Shown here one piece after another: positions 39,169 to 49,171 of a DNA stretch of 64,000 nucleotides. A program made the translations under genes and the position numbers. The notes beneath the pieces were generated by a model that was given only the letters and a program-made list of their open reading frames with translations, made no database searches and was not told where the DNA came from. The DNA is from a virus. The DNA is taken from the IMG/VR virus record IMGVR_UViG_3300042867_001113; one strand, 5' to 3'. Position 1 is the first letter of the stretch; each line of letters opens with the position of its first letter.

Positions 39169-40332
39169 ATGAAGCATCCGAAGTACCCTCTGTATATGGA
39201 AGGCGACCCGTCTCCGGTGATGCCTGACGGCGCGACACTCTGGACGAAGCCGGAGGTGACGGACAAGCCAGCGATGTCCTACGAGCGGGTCGACGGGTCG
39301 AGGCTCATCAGGACGATCGGCGACCTCTACCGCTACACGCAGCATCTGATCGGGGAAGGGTTCAAGGGGAACCCCCGTCCCGGCGTTCTGGACATGGACC
39401 GGAACGAGATCCTGCTGACGCTCGGCTCCATCAGCGCGCACAGGAACGCGAAGGACTTCGGCATCGACGACATGGCGTTGACTCCACGAGAGGAGATCGC
39501 CCGAGACTCGTCCATCCTGCACCACTGGCAGCATCATCGCTGGGATGCCAACGGGCGCTTCATCTACGACCTCACCGTCGAAATCGCCCAAGCCTTCCTC
39601 GATACAGACCTCACCGTCGTCCCTGAAGACATCGCTCTCCCTGAGAGCACCTGCTACATCGCGGTCCCCGCAAGCCTTGGCTTGAAGGTGTGGCACGCAG
39701 CCACCGGCTTCCACGACCTCGATGGCTTCTACGTCACGCTCTCCGACGAGATCTTCACCATCGTCGCTTGTGGCTTCGCTCAACCGGGTCGCCCCAGCTA
39801 CGACAACGCCCTCGCATCCTTTACCTTCGCCAGCTTGGGGAAACAGACCGTCGCTGAGTGGATTGCAAAGGAAGAACTCGATCCAGTCTCGACGAAGATC
39901 ATGGGGCCGAACGCAGCCCAAGTTCCCATCTGGACTCGGCTCGTCGTCAACGCCCTGCTCTACATCAGCAACGTCCGCGAAGACGTTCGCCACGACGTGG
40001 ACTACGGTGTGCCCTCCAAGAAGATAGAGCACGCGAAACGAATCCAAGGGCGTCGCGTTCGTGAGAAGTACCTGAGCGAGTGGCGGGTGCGCTGCCGCTA
40101 CCACATCCTCGGCGAAGCGGTGCAGAAGGCTCTTGGTTCCTCCACAGGCGGGACCAGCGTCGAGGGCACATCCCCGCAGGTGCGCTTCTCTGTGCGGGGA
40201 CACTGGCGTCAGCAGCCTCATGGCCCTCAGAACTCCCTGCGGAAGCTGCTGTGGATCCAACCTTTCTGGAAGGGTGCAGACAAGGAACCATCAGACACAC
40301 CACGGATAACCCATATCGTGAAAGTGGTCTGA
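39169..40332 (+). CDS. conserved phage hypothetical protein
   Basis: C-terminal VRGHWR.Q..G.....RK..WI.PFWKG motif. Confidence 0.75.
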   Translation: MKHPKYPLYMEGDPSPVMPDGATLWTKPEVTDKPAMSYERVDGSRLIRTIGDLYRYTQHLIGEGFKGNPRPGVLDMDRNEILLTLGSISAHRNAKDFGIDDMALTPREEIARDSSILHHWQHHRWDANGRFIYDLTVEIAQAFLDTDLTVVPEDIALPESTCYIAVPASLGLKVWHAATGFHDLDGFYVTLSDEIFTIVACGFAQPGRPSYDNALASFTFASLGKQTVAEWIAKEELDPVSTKIMGPNAAQVPIWTRLVVNALLYISNVREDVRHDVDYGVPSKKIEHAKRIQGRRVREKYLSEWRVRCRYHILGEAVQKALGSSTGGTSVEGTSPQVRFSVRGHWRQQPHGPQNSLRKLLWIQPFWKGADKEPSDTPRITHIVKVV

Positions 40333-40376
40333 GCCCTGCTAGGGTCTTCAAGTCCGCTTCGGACATTGAGGTTCAT

Positions 40377-40973
40377 ATGAGCATGGTTCCAGTGAAATAC
40401 TGGCAGGGTGGAAAGCCGTGGGGCACCGAACAGATTTTCACCGGCGTCTCGATGGGAGGAAGCGGCTGCGTCATCAGCTCCGCCGCCATCGTCCTCTCGA
40501 TGCTGCTGGGGAAGGTCATAACGCCGATGGACGTGCTGACCATGTGTCGCAAGACGCCCGGTTCCCTCGTCAACAGCCGAGGGAAGTCCCCCGGCAGCTT
40601 GATGGTCTGGCCGGTGGTCTGCAAAGCCTTCGGCGTGCTCTGCGATGAGTCGGTGGCTGGGGTGCCGGGGCTCAAAGGCATCCACGACTTTGGAAAACTG
40701 AAAGTCGACGACAACGCGGACCTCGCTGGGACATTGGCAGAGGCGATGACGCACGGGCTGGCCGCAGTGCGCGTGGACATCGACGGCGACGGGAAGGGTG
40801 ACCACACCATTGCGTGCGTCGGTCGTGACGGTGACGGCTTCCTGTGCAGCGATCCTGCCCTTGGCAAGACGATCACCCTCGACGCGAACTTGGAGAAGCC
40901 CGACGTGTTCTGGGGCCCAAAGCAGAAGCTCTATCGGGCTGTCGCTGTCCGAGCGGTCTACCTCACGAAGTGA
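40377..40973 (+). CDS. C39-like (papain-fold) peptidase
   Basis: Q...W...SGC..SSAA...DHTI...SDP (Cys-His-Asp). Confidence 0.65.
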   Translation: MSMVPVKYWQGGKPWGTEQIFTGVSMGGSGCVISSAAIVLSMLLGKVITPMDVLTMCRKTPGSLVNSRGKSPGSLMVWPVVCKAFGVLCDESVAGVPGLKGIHDFGKLKVDDNADLAGTLAEAMTHGLAAVRVDIDGDGKGDHTIACVGRDGDGFLCSDPALGKTITLDANLEKPDVFWGPKQKLYRAVAVRAVYLTK

Positions 40974-41213
40974 TCAAAAGCTCCCTTTCAAGAACGCCAT
41001 GAAGGTTCCGGTCTTTCGGTCATGCGTGATCGAAAACTGGACCTTCGCGTCTATGCACGCGCGCTCCAGCATGAAGTCCAGCCTGCCCTGAACGAAATCC
41101 TGCACCAGCGCCTCAGCAATCTTCGTCGTTGATGCGTCCATGAACGGGCTTCGGATGATGCTAGCTGCCTCGGCGTTTATCGAGTCGAGCGCCTGTTGTG
41201 GGGTGAACTTCAT
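40974..41213 (-). CDS. hypothetical protein
   Basis: ATGA coupling to the upstream ORF. Confidence 0.5.
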   Translation of the reverse strand: MKFTPQQALDSINAEAASIIRSPFMDASTTKIAEALVQDFVQGRLDFMLERACIDAKVQFSITHDRKTGTFMAFLKGSF

Positions 41214-41515
41214 GGCAGCACTCTGATGGTCCCGACTGGGTCGGAAAGAAGTGACAGTCGACCCTTTGGCTCCGGAACGCTTGAAAGTTGGGCCGATATG
41301 GTCCCCGGCTGCCCATCGATGCACTCGTAGAAGCGTCCCGTTGGAGGACCGACGAGCATCGAGGCACCTTGCGTCACTGGGTAGACGTTCAGATCCTGCG
41401 GCTGCTCGTAGGATGGAACATCGCACGAGCTTGGATCTTCAGTCGGCCCACCCAAAGTCACGGGGTAGACGTTGAGTGGTTGAGGCTGCTCCCAAGACGG
41501 TTTCTCGCACGGCAT
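41210..41515 (-). CDS. small protein with internal duplication
   Basis: C..PS(W/Y)EQPQ.LNVYPVT x2; GAGG SD. Confidence 0.55.
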   Translation of the reverse strand: MPCEKPSWEQPQPLNVYPVTLGGPTEDPSSCDVPSYEQPQDLNVYPVTQGASMLVGPPTGRFYECIDGQPGTISAQLSSVPEPKGRLSLLSDPVGTIRVLP

Positions 41516-41529
41516 GGAGACCTCAGGTG

Positions 41530-42054
41530 TCAGCTGTTGAGCGTGATGACGTCTTCGAGGCTGACATCAGGGTCGGATGCTGCCAACGATGCGAGGTCCA
41601 CAGCAACTGCGTTGACCGCTGCGCTGTCAGAGGCAGCAAGGATCTCGTCTCGCTTGAGGTAGTAGTGCTGGAGGACGGACTTGATCCAGTCGATCGCCGT
41701 CTGAATCAGATCCCGGCGATTGGTGTACCCGAGCACTTGGGCCTCTTGGTAGAGCATCATCAGGGAACGCTGCTGGGCATCGGAGTAACGCGCCTCAATA
41801 ACATGCTGCGTCACGTCGACCTTCAGTTTATGAATGGCTCGTTCTTTGGTGCGAGCCAGTCTTTCTGCGGCCACAGAGAGCGCCACAGCTGACGAAAACT
41901 CAGCGTGTAACTCTTCAAGCGCGACATCGTCCATCTCGATGCGATTGGGCGGGCAGACATCACCTGCTCTGAGGAGCAGCGAACTGTCGACACTCCCTAC
42001 AGGTCGTCCACGTGGGTCATCCGGACCTACAAGCAAAACAGCGTACAAAGTCAT
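41530..42054 (-). CDS. tail-fibre-associated protein (DUF4376-like)
   Basis: Follows the fibre gene; ends ...I.AA.....V.AV. Confidence 0.55.
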   Translation of the reverse strand: MTLYAVLLVGPDDPRGRPVGSVDSSLLLRAGDVCPPNRIEMDDVALEELHAEFSSAVALSVAAERLARTKERAIHKLKVDVTQHVIEARYSDAQQRSLMMLYQEAQVLGYTNRRDLIQTAIDWIKSVLQHYYLKRDEILAASDSAAVNAVAVDLASLAASDPDVSLEDVITLNS

Positions 42055-42062
42055 GAGTCACC

Positions 42063-44774
42063 TCACCGCTCAGTGTTGAAGTAGCAGTGTCCATAAACGA
42101 AGTCGACGAACGCGGTGCGTGCAGTGGTGCCGACGAGCTTGAATAGCTGAAGCTGGATACCGAACAGGTCGGCACTGGTCGGTACTGGTGCGCCGGTCTG
42201 GGTCTGCACGAGGACATCATCGATGTAGTACGCAACGGAGGAGGCAGTGCGGTCCCACTCGATACGAAGAACGTACCAAGTGTTCGCAGCAATCGCCGAC
42301 TCCTGTGAGGATGTGTTTACGCCGTCGTTGCCGGTCACTGTGAACCAGACATTTGTACCGAGCGCGGCGCGCTGGTACTCGAACATCGCGTAGTCGGTCC
42401 CTGCGGTCTGACCAGCGGTGTTTGAGAACCCGAAGCGGAACACATACTCCTGCAAAGCTGTGGAAAGAATCGAGAACTGAACGCGCGCACTGCACACCAG
42501 TTTGCCGTTATTGGGCCGGGTCAGATCGGTTGTGCCGAAAACGTACTGGATTCCTGAGGTGGCAGCGACGCCTGTGTTCATCGACGAGATACCGAAGCTG
42601 TTGTTCGTGAGCCCCGCGACCGGCGCCGACGTTTGACCTGCGACAGCTCCCGTCGAGACCTCTGCCCACCGACTGTCGCTTGATATCGGTTGCCCGCTTG
42701 TCCGAACCATGTCGTCGATGAACTCGAACGAATGAAGCGCGCGTTTTGGTTCTTCGACACCGCCGCCGAGGTGGGTGGTATCTGACTGCACCCATAAGGC
42801 GAAAGAATTCGTGATGGTGGCGTTCGTACCTGCGATCGGAGCGCCTGCTACATAGAGAGTCGCAGCTTCCGATATGGTGGACGCAGCGGTGAACGAGTAG
42901 GTTCGGTTTCCGACGAGGGTCGTGGCCTGTAAACCGATGCTCCCCGAGTTGTACTGGATGGATGCTGTTGGGATGGTAGGTCCAAGAATGACGTCAAAGA
43001 CGGGAGTGCCTGCTGTCTGTCCCGTCAGCGTCTGTCCCGACGCGAACAGCGCAGCAAACTTTCCTTCCGTCGTGTCAGCGGATGTTGCTGACGAAATTAA
43101 GACCGGCCCCGTGAGTCGCCCTGCATAGTTCTGCGAGGCTCCCGTGGGAGGCGCTACAAGAATGCCATACGCAGTGGTAACGAACGTCCCTCCGGGGTTC
43201 ACGTTCGTTGTGGGTACTCGGATGCCTGCGGCGGACAAGATCGTTGTGTTGGTCCCTGCCTTTGGAAGAGACACCTCCAGCCCGACCGCGTTCGAGATCG
43301 TGGATGCGCCGACAAAACTATAGGTCTGACTTTCAAGACGACTGCTTCTCTGTAGGGCAAGCGCTCCAGTGTTGAACTGGATGGTCCCGCTGCTCAGAGC
43401 GAAGTCGCTGATCTCAGTGCTGGCAGGTTGAGCCGTCAGGCCGAGTGGGACAAGCCCCAAACTGGTCACGCCGTTGGAAGACCTGTCGCTGGCCACGAGA
43501 ACCGGAGAGTAGCTGAGAACACCCGAGTCCCATCCCGTGCCCACCTGAATGCCGACGGCTGCACCACCTCCCGTACCGGGCGTCACGTTGGCGATTTCAA
43601 TTCCCGCCAACCCTACGGATGTGCGCGTACCCGTACCACTCGCAGTGATACGAAGACCAGTGGCGACACCGTAGTCGCCGCCGAACGTACCGATGTTGAC
43701 CTCCACACCGCGTGCGTTCAGCGTCCCGCCTACAGCTGCCTTGGTGACATTCGGCATGACGACACGGTTGCCGTACCACGTCAGTGTGTTGGTGGACGTG
43801 TGCGTGAGCCCTCCGAGGGACGCGTCAAGCAAAACACCGTGATATGTGGACGGAGACACACCAGCTGACTTGGTGATCACAGGACTGTCGAGTTCCAGCA
43901 TTGCGAAGTCAGCTGCGTTCGTTCCCACGTAGTTGGTTGCCCAGTCAATCTCGATTCCCTTGGTCGGGTTTCCAGATGCACTGAGGTACTGGCGCAGCCC
44001 CGTGGTGCCGGTGCTGCGAACGTCCATGTCCAGAAGACGGCCTGTGCTTGAACTTGCACTGGAAAGCGTCAGTGCGGTGGCTCCTGCGCTCGATCCCGGC
44101 TGGATCGTGGTGTGACCGCTTTTGCCAATGGAAACGCGTGTGGTGCCGCTATCACGGGCTCGGAAGATGTCATCAGAAACTGTGATGTTGTTGACATCCA
44201 GTGTTGATCCCGGCGTCGCGGAACCAACGCCCAAGCGGTCGTTGGTGTTGTCCCAGAACAGGTTGGTGTTGTCCTGCGTGTACACGCCGGACGCCCCTGC
44301 AAACACGACGGAGCCCGCCGTGAAAGCCGTCGCAGTGCCCGTGCCCCCGTTCACGACACCAACCGTTCCGCTCAGGCCGATGGTGATCGACCCTGCGGCG
44401 TTGACGATGCCAATGTTCGTGCCCGTTGTGAGTGTAGCCTTGTCGAAGTGGCCATTCGCCGTGTCCCCGATGAGGACTTGGCCGTTCGTCGGCGCGCTTC
44501 CAGCATAGGTGTGGATGCGACCGCCAGCCCCGACGGCGAAGTTGCTGAGAACCTCAAACGGATGCGCCACAGGAACCACGCCGATGCCGACTCGCGAGTT
44601 GATCGTGTCGACGTCGAGCACTGTGACGGTGCCAAGGGCGTTCTGCACTCGGAACGCAGTGGTGCTGTTCGTCTTCGCGAGCACGGCACCGCCGATCTCC
44701 AGCGAGTCTCCCGCGACGGAAGGAAACTGGGCCGTGGTACCGCTGCCGATGACGAGAGGCTTCTGTGTGGCCAT
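42063..44774 (-). CDS. tail fibre / receptor-binding protein
   Basis: 903 aa, Gly/Thr/Ser-rich; GGTG, LFWDNTNDRLGVG repeats; lectin-like C-terminus (WY.LRIE...YYID). Confidence 0.75.
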   Translation of the reverse strand: MATQKPLVIGSGTTAQFPSVAGDSLEIGGAVLAKTNSTTAFRVQNALGTVTVLDVDTINSRVGIGVVPVAHPFEVLSNFAVGAGGRIHTYAGSAPTNGQVLIGDTANGHFDKATLTTGTNIGIVNAAGSITIGLSGTVGVVNGGTGTATAFTAGSVVFAGASGVYTQDNTNLFWDNTNDRLGVGSATPGSTLDVNNITVSDDIFRARDSGTTRVSIGKSGHTTIQPGSSAGATALTLSSASSSTGRLLDMDVRSTGTTGLRQYLSASGNPTKGIEIDWATNYVGTNAADFAMLELDSPVITKSAGVSPSTYHGVLLDASLGGLTHTSTNTLTWYGNRVVMPNVTKAAVGGTLNARGVEVNIGTFGGDYGVATGLRITASGTGTRTSVGLAGIEIANVTPGTGGGAAVGIQVGTGWDSGVLSYSPVLVASDRSSNGVTSLGLVPLGLTAQPASTEISDFALSSGTIQFNTGALALQRSSRLESQTYSFVGASTISNAVGLEVSLPKAGTNTTILSAAGIRVPTTNVNPGGTFVTTAYGILVAPPTGASQNYAGRLTGPVLISSATSADTTEGKFAALFASGQTLTGQTAGTPVFDVILGPTIPTASIQYNSGSIGLQATTLVGNRTYSFTAASTISEAATLYVAGAPIAGTNATITNSFALWVQSDTTHLGGGVEEPKRALHSFEFIDDMVRTSGQPISSDSRWAEVSTGAVAGQTSAPVAGLTNNSFGISSMNTGVAATSGIQYVFGTTDLTRPNNGKLVCSARVQFSILSTALQEYVFRFGFSNTAGQTAGTDYAMFEYQRAALGTNVWFTVTGNDGVNTSSQESAIAANTWYVLRIEWDRTASSVAYYIDDVLVQTQTGAPVPTSADLFGIQLQLFKLVGTTARTAFVDFVYGHCYFNTER

Positions 44775-44960
44775 GTGGTTTTATCCTGGGCAAAAGCGGT
44801 GTCCCTATCGATACCACGGCGTCAGAGCGCGGTCATCCTCCTGCGGAGGCTTCAGAGCGGGCTGTGAACCGTGTTACACCCCGTAAATGCAACGGACTTT
44901 TGTCATCGGATGGGAGGAAAGACTACCGTTGTCGGTGTGACGCCTGTAGACTATGCAGCC

Positions 44961-45554
44961 ATGATGACTACCAAAGAAAAGCAGGCAGCCGGGATGCGGA
45001 ACTACTGGTCCGAGCTGAAAGCAGGGAACCGACCCACACGAAGGTTCACGCCAAGAAAGCCTGCTCCTTTCTGGTCGCGGGTCAAGAAAAGCGCCGGAAG
45101 AAACAGCTGCTGGCTGTGGGTCGGAGCCTTGAGCGGGGACGGTTACGGCAGTGTGCGGACGCAGGGCTGCACGCGCGGCGCGCATCGGGTTGCGTGGGAA
45201 GAAGCTCATGGCCCCGTTCCTAGAGGTTGCTCAGTGCTACATAAATGCGACGTCCCTCAGTGTGTGAGGCTCAGTCATCTATTCCTTGGAACACAGACCG
45301 ACAACATGGCGGACGCATCTCGAAAGGGTCGCTTGGCAGGTAGGAAGTCAGCCTCCGGCGAACATCACGGATCGCACACACACCCCGAAAGTGTTCGCCG
45401 TGGGGCGCGAAACGGAGCTGCAGTGTTGACTGAACAGCAAGTGGCCGCAATCCGCGCGGCCTATCCGATGAAAACGCAAAAGAAGCTGGCGCAAGAGTAT
45501 AGCGTTGACCAAGTCACGATCTCACGAATCGTTAGAAGGGTGACTTACAAATGA
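44961..45554 (+). CDS. HNH homing endonuclease
   Basis: FWSRV...CWLW.GA...GYG...AHRVAW...LHKCD...C....HL..GT..DN; C-terminal HTH; start uncertain. Confidence 0.9.
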   Translation: MMTTKEKQAAGMRNYWSELKAGNRPTRRFTPRKPAPFWSRVKKSAGRNSCWLWVGALSGDGYGSVRTQGCTRGAHRVAWEEAHGPVPRGCSVLHKCDVPQCVRLSHLFLGTQTDNMADASRKGRLAGRKSASGEHHGSHTHPESVRRGARNGAAVLTEQQVAAIRAAYPMKTQKKLAQEYSVDQVTISRIVRRVTYK

Positions 45555-46354
45555 CGTCAGGCAGAACGCTAGTGTGTGGCGATGTCCACGGATGTCTCCA
45601 AGAACTGAAGATGCTACTCTCGCGTGCAGGCTTCAGGCAGGGCTCCGATCGGCTGGTTCTGGTCGGCGACTTGGTTGACCGAGGTGACGACTCTGTTGGA
45701 GTGGTCCGCTTCGCCATGGAGACCGGCGCGGACTGCGTGCTGGGGAACCACGAGGAGAAGCACCTTCGGTACCGCAGGCACGCGTTGAAGGCGTCTTTCG
45801 ACAAGACCTACAAGAACCCGATGCAGATGCCGCACCCCGAGGTCCATAAGACGATCACAGGCGCCGAGTGGGCTTGGATGGGTGCCCTCCCCCTCACGAT
45901 CTGGCTCCGGCCCGACCTCGTGGTCGTTCACGGAGGCTTCTCAACGGACTCTCCTCCGGAAGCCCCGCATCTGAATTCTTGTCGCATCCGGTACGTCGAG
46001 AAGGACACCGGGGAGTCGAAGGGATCTGCGGACGGCATGTCCCAGCCCCCACAAACCGTTTTCTGGCCCGAACGGTACACGGGCGGAGCAACGGGGCGGG
46101 TCTCGGTCCTTTACGGACACCAGCCGTTCAGAGCCGTCCGGCACGACCGAGGGTTGGGACCATACGGTGCCGCCCGAACGATCGGCCTCGACACCAGCTG
46201 CTGCTACGGTGGCGTGCTGACCGGGTACTGGGTTGAGGAGGAGCGCTTCGTTCAATCGAAGTCGCTCCAGCGGTTCTGGTCAGCAGGCGTGGACTCTTCC
46301 CGGGAGGACTGGATGTCCGCGTGGACGGCCCGCCCCTCGAAGACGGTTCAGTAG
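45551..46354 (+). CDS. metallophosphoesterase (ApaH/PrpE-like)
   Basis: GDVHG, GDLVDRG, GNHE, VHGG, GH, LDT. Confidence 0.92.
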   Translation: MTSGRTLVCGDVHGCLQELKMLLSRAGFRQGSDRLVLVGDLVDRGDDSVGVVRFAMETGADCVLGNHEEKHLRYRRHALKASFDKTYKNPMQMPHPEVHKTITGAEWAWMGALPLTIWLRPDLVVVHGGFSTDSPPEAPHLNSCRIRYVEKDTGESKGSADGMSQPPQTVFWPERYTGGATGRVSVLYGHQPFRAVRHDRGLGPYGAARTIGLDTSCCYGGVLTGYWVEEERFVQSKSLQRFWSAGVDSSREDWMSAWTARPSKTVQ

Positions 46355-46569
46355 CCGTCCTTCGCCCAGCCCTTGCCCTTCAGGACGAACGACGTTGACG
46401 TCGAGAGCACCTGCTCGTAGCGACCTTCACACTGTCGGCCCCCGATGGGCTCTCGGTTCTCGTCGAGCACGATGTAGAAGCCCATGCACTGCTTCGGAGG
46501 GGACTCCTTCGGAGAGAAAACTTCGATGCGCGTCTTGCACCCGGTGCATTCATAGTCGTGGATCGGCAC
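46348..46569 (-). CDS. FmdB-family zinc-ribbon protein
   Basis: MPIHDYEC..C...F.LKGKGW..DGY. Confidence 0.8.
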   Translation of the reverse strand: MPIHDYECTGCKTRIEVFSPKESPPKQCMGFYIVLDENREPIGGRQCEGRYEQVLSTSTSFVLKGKGWAKDGY

Positions 46570-46572
46570 AGG

Positions 46573-47130
46573 TCACTCCTTCGAGGAAACGTCCATAGCC
46601 CACAGCAGCACATCCACCTGATTGTGGAGGTCCGCGATGGAGCCGTTGTTCACGAGTTCACGGTCCACGACGTAGTCGTCCATGCTCGTCTCAGAGGCGT
46701 GCAGGTCTGTGCGCTCCCCGAGGGCAGGTCGGACGACGCGCCAGATCTCGCCACCCAAGGCTTTGACGACATCCGCCTCGTTGGGGAAGCGGACGTCGGT
46801 GATGACGAAGGAGAACGGCCCGCCCGGTCCCGTCTGGAAGCTCTCAAGCCTGCGCTGGAGTGACTTCACCCAGATGTTCTGGTCAAGTTGACGACCTATC
46901 TCGGTCCCGAAGGTCTGGAGCACAGCCCGGGGCGTGGTCTGCCAGTACGGGTCGACGACCTCCTTCAAACTACCATCGAGGTGCTCGTGGCCCCAGCCGT
47001 AGATGTAGCGCACAGCCTCCTTGAGAGGCTTGGCGAAGCTCTCTTGCGCGAAGTCGTGCTTCATCCGCAGGTACGCGCCGACGGTGTCTTTGCCGCTGCG
47101 CTTCCGCCCCGTCATTCCGATCAGCCGCAT
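46573..47130 (-). CDS. deoxynucleoside monophosphate kinase
   Basis: IG.TG.KRSGKDT, FA.PLK, R..LQ..GTE..R, ITDVRFPNE, H.SE. Confidence 0.92.
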   Translation of the reverse strand: MRLIGMTGRKRSGKDTVGAYLRMKHDFAQESFAKPLKEAVRYIYGWGHEHLDGSLKEVVDPYWQTTPRAVLQTFGTEIGRQLDQNIWVKSLQRRLESFQTGPGGPFSFVITDVRFPNEADVVKALGGEIWRVVRPALGERTDLHASETSMDDYVVDRELVNNGSIADLHNQVDVLLWAMDVSSKE

Positions 47131-48279
47131 CCGTGCCTCGTCATTGAAGTTTGATCATGCATCTTCTCAGTGTCGCGGAGCCGCGTGGTGAGGTCCAAGA
47201 CTTCAGATTCCAGCGCAGCATTTTTAGCGTTCAAACGATCGACCTCATTGGCGAGGTCCGTGTACGCCGTTGGCGAGTCGGATGGGAACACAATCCGTGC
47301 TCGTCGGTCGACTTGGATGACGTGGTTGTGGGTCAAACGGTCTCCCCACCAGCCGCAAGCTCACCCAGCATGTCGAGCATGCGCCCGGTCATCGCGGTCC
47401 CCGGGAGACGCTCGAACGGGCCGACCTTGCGGGTGCCCAGACCCCCTTCGACGCCAATCATTGCTGACACGACCATCGGAGGCTTCCCGCGCCGTTCGAT
47501 GGACACGATGAGCGCTTCCTGCCGCAGCACACCAGACGTTCGCATGAGGGTGATCTCTTCGTCGGTGGGGATCCTCTTGCCCGCAGGGAGGACCGTCAGC
47601 CACGCCTCGTGGATGAACACGCTGGTGTGTGCCTTCATGGCGGCGGCGATGCGCTGGATGCCCGCGACGAACATGTCCTTCTCTTCGTCGTCTTTGTACT
47701 GACCCGCGACCGGGCAGACGTCGTTGTCGCCAACGAGGAGCACGATGGGGGCGTGCTCACGTTCCGCAGCGATCTTGAGAGCGGTCGCGAGCACCTTGTT
47801 CTTCCCACCGATCGTCACTTCAGCGTCGATGATGGCAGCGATGTCGTTGACGGTCATGTCGCAGTCCTATTGGAACGGAGGTAGTCGATGGTTTCGTCGC
47901 AGCTGTCTCGTCCGGAGACGACCTTCACAGCCTGTCGAATCTCTTTCTCGGTGTAACAGGGCCCCGGAGACGTTCCTGCATCCGCCAGAGCGCGCTTCGC
48001 CTGAGCCGTTGCCTGTTCGCAGCCCAGCGATGGGTCTTCGCTGTTGGGCCAAGCCAGCATCGCCTCCAACGCAGCGCACAGCTGCTCGTGCGTGCGAGGA
48101 CCGTTCGTGAGGGCACCCAGCGCGTCGGTCCGTTCCTTTTGGAGCGAGTCGATGACGCCGCCGAGGGTGTCGATGATGTGGAGGTAGCTAATCACGCGGT
48201 CATGAACGACGCCAGAACGGTCCGACAGCGTTTCAGTGACCCATCGGCGCTCCGACTGCGTGTTGAGAATCGCGCTCAT
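47121..48279 (-). other. three hypothetical CDSs (47121-47336, 47333-47857, 47854-48279)
   Basis: Coupled overlaps; GTTAC 9 nt before 48279. Confidence 0.55.
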
Positions 48280-48408
48280 GGACCGACAGTAACATAGCGC
48301 GCACCGTTTTTTGTCAACTCCGTTGCTGAGAACCCCTCAGTGTTCAGGGGCTGCAGGGGGCCTCCTCATGTAGGGCCGATCGCCGAAGCGGAGAAGCAGA
48401 AAACTAAG

Positions 48409-48473
48409 GACGTGTTCACGCCATGAACACGTCCGACCGACGTGTTCATTTCAGAGTGGTTTTTGCACACGTC
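48409..48473. repeat. alternating GACGTGTTCA repeats
   Basis: Copies at 48409 (+), 48424 (-), 48439 (+) and a one-mismatch copy at 48464 (-). Confidence 0.75.
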
Positions 48474-48499
48474 ATGACGCAGGCGCCGGAAGGATCATC

Positions 48500-49150
48500 T
48501 CACTTAGGAACCTTGATCGAGAGCACTCCGGCGCGGAACGTGCCTTCACAGTCGTCGAGGCTGCCGCCGGAGCGGATCTTGGCGATGTTGCATTGGATGA
48601 TGCCTGCCGCCCGCTCCAGCTCAGGGAGGTCGAGTGCAGGCGATGGTGGCGATGGGGCTGGTGCCTCTCCTGCCGGAACCAGCGAAACGAACTTCTTCGC
48701 ACTGTCGACGACGGCGCGAGGCATCACGAACTCATCGGTACAGACTTTCAGTTCGACTGAACGCTGCGCATCCGCGATCTTCCGAGCCAAGTCAGTAGAG
48801 GTCATGACCTTCAGGTACTCAATCACATATCCCCTGCCGATGGTGCCGTCGTGCTCGAACTCAGGCAGGGCAACCGGCGCCCCGTCGATCAGCATCGAGA
48901 CATTGGAACACTTCAGATACTCCCAGCTGTCAGAGACAAACGACAACGACAGCAGCATGCGCTGTGCCGTGCCGTCTTTCTTCAAGACGGTGAGGAACGT
49001 GATCGAGGGCCTGCTTGAGCGTTTGGCCTTGCCGAACTCCTCCTCCAAGAAGACGCTCGTCTTACCACTGAATCGGTCTTCAGTGCGTTCGACGGACGCC
49101 GACGCAGACAAGCTGAAAGCTGACAGAAAAAAAGCAATAACGGTCTTCAT
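48500..49150 (-). CDS. secreted/periplasmic hypothetical protein
   Basis: Signal peptide MKTVIAFFLSAFSLSASA; GGAGG SD. Confidence 0.7.
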   Translation of the reverse strand: MKTVIAFFLSAFSLSASASVERTEDRFSGKTSVFLEEEFGKAKRSSRPSITFLTVLKKDGTAQRMLLSLSFVSDSWEYLKCSNVSMLIDGAPVALPEFEHDGTIGRGYVIEYLKVMTSTDLARKIADAQRSVELKVCTDEFVMPRAVVDSAKKFVSLVPAGEAPAPSPPSPALDLPELERAAGIIQCNIAKIRSGGSLDDCEGTFRAGVLSIKVPK

Positions 49151-49171
49151 ATAACCTCCGGTACGTTGTCA

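Noticed and set aside
38890-40260. 456-aa minus-strand ORF
   Set aside because: Antisense shadow of the + strand gene 39169-40332, which has the recognisable motif and promoter; long shadow ORFs are expected at high GC.
44961-45554. HNH gene as part of a self-splicing intron
   Set aside because: It lies between intact genes rather than splitting one; treated as a free-standing homing endonuclease.
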